Source: a bacterium (lineage in GTDB: Bacteria; Patescibacteriota; Minisyncoccia; Moranbacterales; GWC2-37-73). Taken from it: a DNA stretch of 64,000 nucleotides. The stretch lies in the NCBI GenBank assembly GCA_003251635.1, contig QKEW01000001.1, positions 15,588 through 79,587 of the forward strand, in the 5' to 3' direction. This document shows positions 59,443-64,000 of this stretch, one piece after another. The first letter of the stretch is position 1. Each line of letters starts with the position of its first letter. The notes beneath the pieces were generated by a model. The model did not search any database. It was not told the DNA's origin and worked only from the letters and a program-made list of their open reading frames with translations. The translations under genes were made by a program, and so were the position numbers.

Positions 59443-60567
59443 ATGAAAAATCAGTTAATAGCGATTCGTAATGCTGTTGAGCGGTTTGTGTATAAAAATA
59501 TTTTTCGAAAAATATTTTTTTTATATGATCCGGAAAAAATTCATGATAGGATGATATTTTTTGGTAGGTGGTTGGGTAATTATTCATTTACTCGAACGCT
59601 AACGTGCCTATTCTTTGGATACAAAAATAAAATTTTGAAACAAGAAATTTCAGGATTAAATTTCAAAAATCCAATTGGTTTGGCTGCGGGATTTGATAAA
59701 AACGCTGAACTTACCAATATTTTACCCAGTGTTGGGTTTGGTTTTATGGAAGCTGGTTCAATAACAGGGGAACCGTGTGAAGGAAATAAAAAACCGCGCC
59801 TTTGGAGACTTAAAAAATCAAAGGGGCTTTTAGTATATTATGGGTTGAAAAATGATGGCTGTGAAGTAATTGCTAAGCGCCTAAATGCTAAACAAAAATT
59901 TTTTCCACTTGGAATAAGTATAGCCAAAACCAACAACAAAGATACAGTTTCCCTTGACGGCGGAGTAGCTGATTATGTTAAAGCTTATAAAAACCTCGTG
60001 GATTTAGCTGATTATATAACTGTCAATATAAGCTGCCCCAATGCTTATGGCGGATGTCCTTTTATTAGTAAGGAATATTTAAATAAACTTCTAGCTGGAT
60101 TAATGAATATTGAAAGTTCAAAACCGATTTTTTTGAAGCTATCCCCAGATCTTAGTCATGAGGAGATTGATATTATTGTTGAAGTTGCTGGGGAATATAA
60201 CGTAACAGGCTTTATTTGCACTAACCTTACCAAGAAGAGGGAGAATGCGAATTTAAAAGATGCAGACATTTCTCAGGTGGGTGGAATGAGTGGCAAGGTG
60301 GTTGCCGAGATGGCTGATGACTTGATAAAATACATATATTCCTCCACAAAGGGCGGGTTTGTTATAGTGGGTTGCGGAGGGGTTTTTTCAGCCCAGGATG
60401 CTTATAGAAAAATAAGATTGGGAGCCTCACTGATCCAATTGATTACGGGTATGATATATGAAGGACCTCAGTTGATTGGGGAGATAAACAGAGAGTTAGC
60501 TTTAATGCTTAAAAAAGATGGATTCTCATCAATTACTCAGGCAATTGGGGTTGATAATAGATCGTAA
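59443..60567 (+). CDS. Class 2 (quinone-type) dihydroorotate dehydrogenase-like FMN enzyme with atypical active-site motifs
   Basis: DPEKIH, NPIGLAAGFDKN, GN.KPRL, KLSPD, GGMSG and GASLIQ are present. VYYGL, NISCPNA and TNLT deviate from the canonical motifs. Confidence 0.85.
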   Translation: MKNQLIAIRNAVERFVYKNIFRKIFFLYDPEKIHDRMIFFGRWLGNYSFTRTLTCLFFGYKNKILKQEISGLNFKNPIGLAAGFDKNAELTNILPSVGFGFMEAGSITGEPCEGNKKPRLWRLKKSKGLLVYYGLKNDGCEVIAKRLNAKQKFFPLGISIAKTNNKDTVSLDGGVADYVKAYKNLVDLADYITVNISCPNAYGGCPFISKEYLNKLLAGLMNIESSKPIFLKLSPDLSHEEIDIIVEVAGEYNVTGFICTNLTKKRENANLKDADISQVGGMSGKVVAEMADDLIKYIYSSTKGGFVIVGCGGVFSAQDAYRKIRLGASLIQLITGMIYEGPQLIGEINRELALMLKKDGFSSITQAIGVDNRS

Positions 60568-60581
60568 CTTTATTATTGTTT

Positions 60582-61259
60582 ATGAAAAAAATTGATTTTT
60601 ACTTGGTTTGTTCGGGTGACAAAATTGAAAAAGCAAATGGTTTGATTTTATCGGAATACGGAAAAGAAGGATATGTTGATTTAACTGGAGAAAAATCAGG
60701 TTTAAATCCTTTGAAGGGGGATTTGAACTCGCAATTATTTACTTTTTTAGCTTTGAGTGATGGATTTGTGCTTGGTACAGTGAGTATTGTTGTTGATGAA
60801 AAGTGGGGACTTCCATTGGATGAAATTTTTAAGATTGAAGCTGATGGACTTAGAGCTTTCGGGGAAAAATGTGCAGAGGTTGCACGGTTAGCTGTGAATC
60901 GTCAGGCTGGGGATTTTTTTGGAATTGACCAACGTAAAATACAAATGTCTATATCATTGTCATTGTTTAAAATGGTTTTTTATTGTGCTAAAGCTAGAAA
61001 TATTGATATTCTTTGCATAACTATAAATCCTAAACATGAAAATTTCTATGAGGCTTTGGGTTTTGAATCGGTCGGTGAAATGAAAAGTTACGATACTGTT
61101 AATGGAGCGCCAGCTTTACTGAAAATCCTTAGATTGAAAAACCTAGACGTTATGAAAAATAATTTTGTTGGAAGAGAGATTTTGGAAAATCCTATTGATA
61201 TGAATGTTTTTGACCTTAAGGAGAAAAAAGACAAGATTATTTTTTCTCAAGAATTTTAG
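60582..61259 (+). CDS. FeeM-like N-acyl amino acid synthase (GNAT fold)
   Basis: GTVSIVVD...GLPLDEIF, AEV.RLA, ITINPKH..FY..LGF and Y..VNGAPA.L. Confidence 0.82.
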   Translation: MKKIDFYLVCSGDKIEKANGLILSEYGKEGYVDLTGEKSGLNPLKGDLNSQLFTFLALSDGFVLGTVSIVVDEKWGLPLDEIFKIEADGLRAFGEKCAEVARLAVNRQAGDFFGIDQRKIQMSISLSLFKMVFYCAKARNIDILCITINPKHENFYEALGFESVGEMKSYDTVNGAPALLKILRLKNLDVMKNNFVGREILENPIDMNVFDLKEKKDKIIFSQEF

Positions 61260-61265
61260 TTAAAA

Positions 61266-62327
61266 TCAAATATTTTTTATCATTTTTTCAAGATCTTTGC
61301 GGCCTGAGATTGAGGTTGGCTTATTGGCATAACCAGCCCTAAAAAGAGCCACGAAAGCATCGCTTTTTAAGTTTGGAAATTTTTCCGTGAAATAATTTTC
61401 AATTTCTTTTCGAATACGTTCATGTTTGGGCAAAAGGCCACCTTTTTCTAATTGCCCGTTTAAAATAAAGGCTATAGGTCCAAAAAGTGGTTGAATTGAA
61501 ATGTCATATTCTGACATTTTTAACCAGACTGACTGTAAGGCTCGACCTCCTTGAATGTAGGTATGAGGATGTTGCTTTTTTGGTATGGTCATTAGGCCTA
61601 TTGCATTAGAATGTTTGATATTATTTCTGGTATGAAGAACTGATCCAATTCCTAAAAGTTTCCAAATAAAAGGAAGTTGATTGGCTATGGCTATAGAGGG
61701 TTTAAAGAAATGTCTTTTTGGACCTAATTCTAAACTTTCAAGAGAAAGTCCGTCACTGTGAATTTTTTTTCCAAATCTAAGCATTCGAACAAGATTTTCG
61801 CGCAATTTTTGATCTTCCCAAAGAATGGTGTCGTGGGTTGATATCAATTTTGATAGTTTGGATATTTCTTGCGCAGAGTCAATCCACTGTAAGTTAACTT
61901 GATTTTCCTGAGCTAATTTGATTGCTTCGTTCTTTAGCTCAGGGTGAATAGGTTTTTTGAAAAATTTGCGTCTGTTTGTTTTTCTTTTGGTTAAGTATTC
62001 ATATAGATGCAAAGATTTCTTGGAATCTTCTTTTTCAAGAGATATTTTAGCTAAGGGTTCACCTGCATTATGTTTTAGAAGTTCTATTTTAATTTCCCAG
62101 CCCAGATGTTTTGCTTGTTGATGGATATTTTCCAGCACGGTTCCCAAGCTTACGAAATCGGCAAAATGGTTAATGTTGTAAATATGATTAGCATGAGTAT
62201 TTTCGTGGTCATGAAACAGAAAGATATTATTCTTGTCTTTTTTAAAAAGCCAAGGTTGGCAATTATCGGCAGATGGAGCCAATTGTCCCGCGGCCAATAG
62301 AATATCAAGAGGGTTTGATGAATTCAT
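61266..62327 (-). CDS. Acg-like FMN nitroreductase-fold oxidoreductase
   Basis: LAPSADNCQPW.F, G..LENI, RKTNR, DGL....LEL and GGRALQ.VWL. Confidence 0.85.
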   Translation of the reverse strand: MNSSNPLDILLAAGQLAPSADNCQPWLFKKDKNNIFLFHDHENTHANHIYNINHFADFVSLGTVLENIHQQAKHLGWEIKIELLKHNAGEPLAKISLEKEDSKKSLHLYEYLTKRKTNRRKFFKKPIHPELKNEAIKLAQENQVNLQWIDSAQEISKLSKLISTHDTILWEDQKLRENLVRMLRFGKKIHSDGLSLESLELGPKRHFFKPSIAIANQLPFIWKLLGIGSVLHTRNNIKHSNAIGLMTIPKKQHPHTYIQGGRALQSVWLKMSEYDISIQPLFGPIAFILNGQLEKGGLLPKHERIRKEIENYFTEKFPNLKSDAFVALFRAGYANKPTSISGRKDLEKMIKNI

Positions 62328-62721
62328 GAAAGTGATATTAATTTCCTTTATTTTTATTTTAGCAGTTTATTTTTTGAAAGCAAAGATCGTGCTTATTTTA
62401 TTGCAAACATAAATTAGGTGAGTTAAGTCTTTGCTGTAAAAACAATTAGATATTTTTTGCTCAACTTTAAATCATTGGATTTTCTTATATATTTACTTAA
62501 ATACAAATATGACCCAAATGATTATTTTTTGTTGTAGGCAGGCCGGATTTAGCCTAGTTTGAAAAGGTAAATATCATATCTAGGCTATTTCTAAATCGCT
62601 TGAGGCTCTGTTTGCTTGGTGTTATCATAAAAATGGTAAAAATATTTTGTAAAAACAATAGTTTATATAATATGTCAACTTAAATTCTGTAAAAAATTAA
62701 ATTGTAGTAATAATAAAAATT

Positions 62722-63312
62722 ATGCGGAAAATAGCTTTTATAATTCTGGGATATAATCAAAACAAGAAAAATGTGCCGGCTTTTGGAAAAATCGAATCTT
62801 TTTTTCAGGCCAAAAATTTTCAAACGGTTATGGTTGACATTGATTGGAAATATAAAACTCTTTCGGATTATGTGGCTCAGTTTGAAAAAATTTATCTGGA
62901 AAATGTCAAAAAAGATGACCAAATTTGTTTTTTAGGTTTTTCTCTTGGAGCTATGATTGCTTTGATATCTTCGGAAAAACTGAAACCAAAATTTCAAATT
63001 CTCTGTTCTTTGTCCCCCTATTTCAAGGAAGATTTGCCCAGGATTAAAAATTGGTGGAAGGTTTTTTGGGGTAAAAGGAGGATGGAAGATTTTGCCAAAT
63101 TTTCTTTGAATAAGCTGGCTAAAAATATTCCCACCAAAACCATAATTCTAGCCGGTGACAAAGAGGATTGGGAAGTTGAAATCAGAGCCAAGGAAGCTCG
63201 GCAAAAAATACGAAACAGTCAATTGATTTTTATTCCTAATGCTAAGCATGACATTGGGCAGACTGAATATCTGACAGAGGTTGAAAGAATAATTTCAGAA
63301 AAGGTTTTTTGA
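62722..63312 (+). CDS. Small alpha/beta-hydrolase
   Basis: GFSLG elbow, AGDKE and IPNAKH. Confidence 0.75.
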   Translation: MRKIAFIILGYNQNKKNVPAFGKIESFFQAKNFQTVMVDIDWKYKTLSDYVAQFEKIYLENVKKDDQICFLGFSLGAMIALISSEKLKPKFQILCSLSPYFKEDLPRIKNWWKVFWGKRRMEDFAKFSLNKLAKNIPTKTIILAGDKEDWEVEIRAKEARQKIRNSQLIFIPNAKHDIGQTEYLTEVERIISEKVF

Positions 63313-63448
63313 TTAAATCAGTCAAGGACTATCCCCGATCTAGTTTAATTTTCTTTTGTAAAATCACCAATCCTTCGCTTTTTTGGTAAGTATTATAATA
63401 CGTATTATTTTTCAATTACCCCCGTCGGGAAACTGGCGGGGGTTTTGT

Positions 63449-63457
63449 TGTGGATAA
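63449..63457 (-). promoter_or_regulatory. DnaA box upstream of the nrdR promoter
   Basis: TGTGGATAA is TTATCCACA on the minus strand, in an intergenic position. Confidence 0.4.
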
Positions 63458-63505
63458 GTCGGATTTTGGGCTTGGAAAAGCCGAGCTTGTTGGATTCTCG
63501 GCTTG

Positions 63506-63541
63506 TGGTATAATTAGTCTTACGAACACAAGATATGGTAG
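63506..63541 (+). promoter_or_regulatory. Extended -10 promoter followed by a candidate NrdR box
   Basis: TG-g-TATAAT (63506-63514), then ACACAAGATATGGTAG (63526-63541), which resembles the NrdR box acaCwAtATaTwGtgt. Confidence 0.55.
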
Positions 63542-63683
63542 AAATTGTTCGAAAACACTGATTGATATTAGAAAATGAAAGTGTAAAATTGGCAAGCTGT
63601 CAAGAGCCAAAAAGGGCTTAGAAAAAACTTTCTGATAATTTCTGCCAAATGTTTTTTGGAAAATAAAAAATAATGATAAAACT

Positions 63684-64000
63684 ATGATTTGTCCTTTTTG
63701 TGGTCACGTTGACACCAAAGTGGTTGATTCGCGCGATACCAATGACGGAAAGGCCATTCGTCGCCGTCGGGAGTGTGAAAAATGCCAAGCGCGTTTCAGT
63801 ACCTATGAAGAAATGGAAATTATGAAACTGACGGTAGTCAAGCGCGACGGTACTCGTCAGGAATATGACAAAAGAAAGATAATCGCCGGATTTCACAAGG
63901 CTTTGGAAAAAAGGCCACTCAGTGAAGATCGAATTTTGAAAGCTGTGGGGGATATCGAATATGAGATTCAATCTCGGGAGAATAATGAAATCAAAAGTAA
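63684..64000 (+). CDS. nrdR: Transcriptional repressor NrdR (truncated by window end; missing from ORF track)
   Basis: MICPFCGHVDTKVVDSR...IRRRRECEKC..RFSTYE Zn ribbon, then VVKRDG ATP cone. Confidence 0.96.
   Translation, partial: MICPFCGHVDTKVVDSRDTNDGKAIRRRRECEKCQARFSTYEEMEIMKLTVVKRDGTRQEYDKRKIIAGFHKALEKRPLSEDRILKAVGDIEYEIQSRENNEIKS

Noticed and set aside
62722-63312. Ser hydrolase as part of the biosynthetic cluster
   Set aside because: It is divergent and separated by ~400 bp of AT-rich DNA. Membership is possible but unsupported.
63618-63971. 117-aa minus-strand ORF
   Set aside because: It is the antisense shadow of nrdR on the plus strand.
1-64000. Many short ORFs overlapping housekeeping genes in antisense or alternative frames (e.g. 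2607-3218, 29715-30380, 42802-43539)
   Set aside because: They are shadow ORFs of well-supported genes, with no motifs or independent signals.

Overview
This is a gene-dense, AT-rich bacterial chromosomal segment. Gene content and style suggest a Patescibacteria/CPR (Parcubacteria-like) genome, which is an inference: short Rel, HhH-less UvrC, tRNA-Arg(GCG), and GYAWS/IGW and WTEP..PP.GN surface proteins. Most of the window is housekeeping: thyX-like/tmk/dut interrupted by a decayed IS30, gatB, parAB, rel, topA, dprA, pth, LCP, lepB, hisS, rpsU, ybeY, ftsAZ, two uvrA plus uvrC and uvrB, rsmI, ileS, comF, clpC, partial nrdR and two tRNAs. The standout is an ~11 kb, visibly more AT-rich cluster (51177-62327). 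It encodes a ThiF adenylyltransferase, a PlsC-type acyltransferase, an Sfp-type PPTase, an ACP, a Cys-nucleophile alpha/beta-hydrolase, a two-permease ABC exporter with adaptor, a PyrD-like flavoenzyme with altered substrate motifs, a FeeM-like N-acyl amino acid synthase and an Acg-like nitroreductase. It looks like an expanded, split version of the OxzAB oxazolone pathway in a lineage generally thought to lack fatty-acid synthesis. Other oddities are a 2.5 kb islet flanked by a duplicated ftsZ terminator, two CTAACAA heptamer arrays, tandem constant-N/variable-C surface protein paralogs, a histone-like extension on HisS and small stand-alone peptide transcription units. All calls are from motif recognition by eye; no searches were run.
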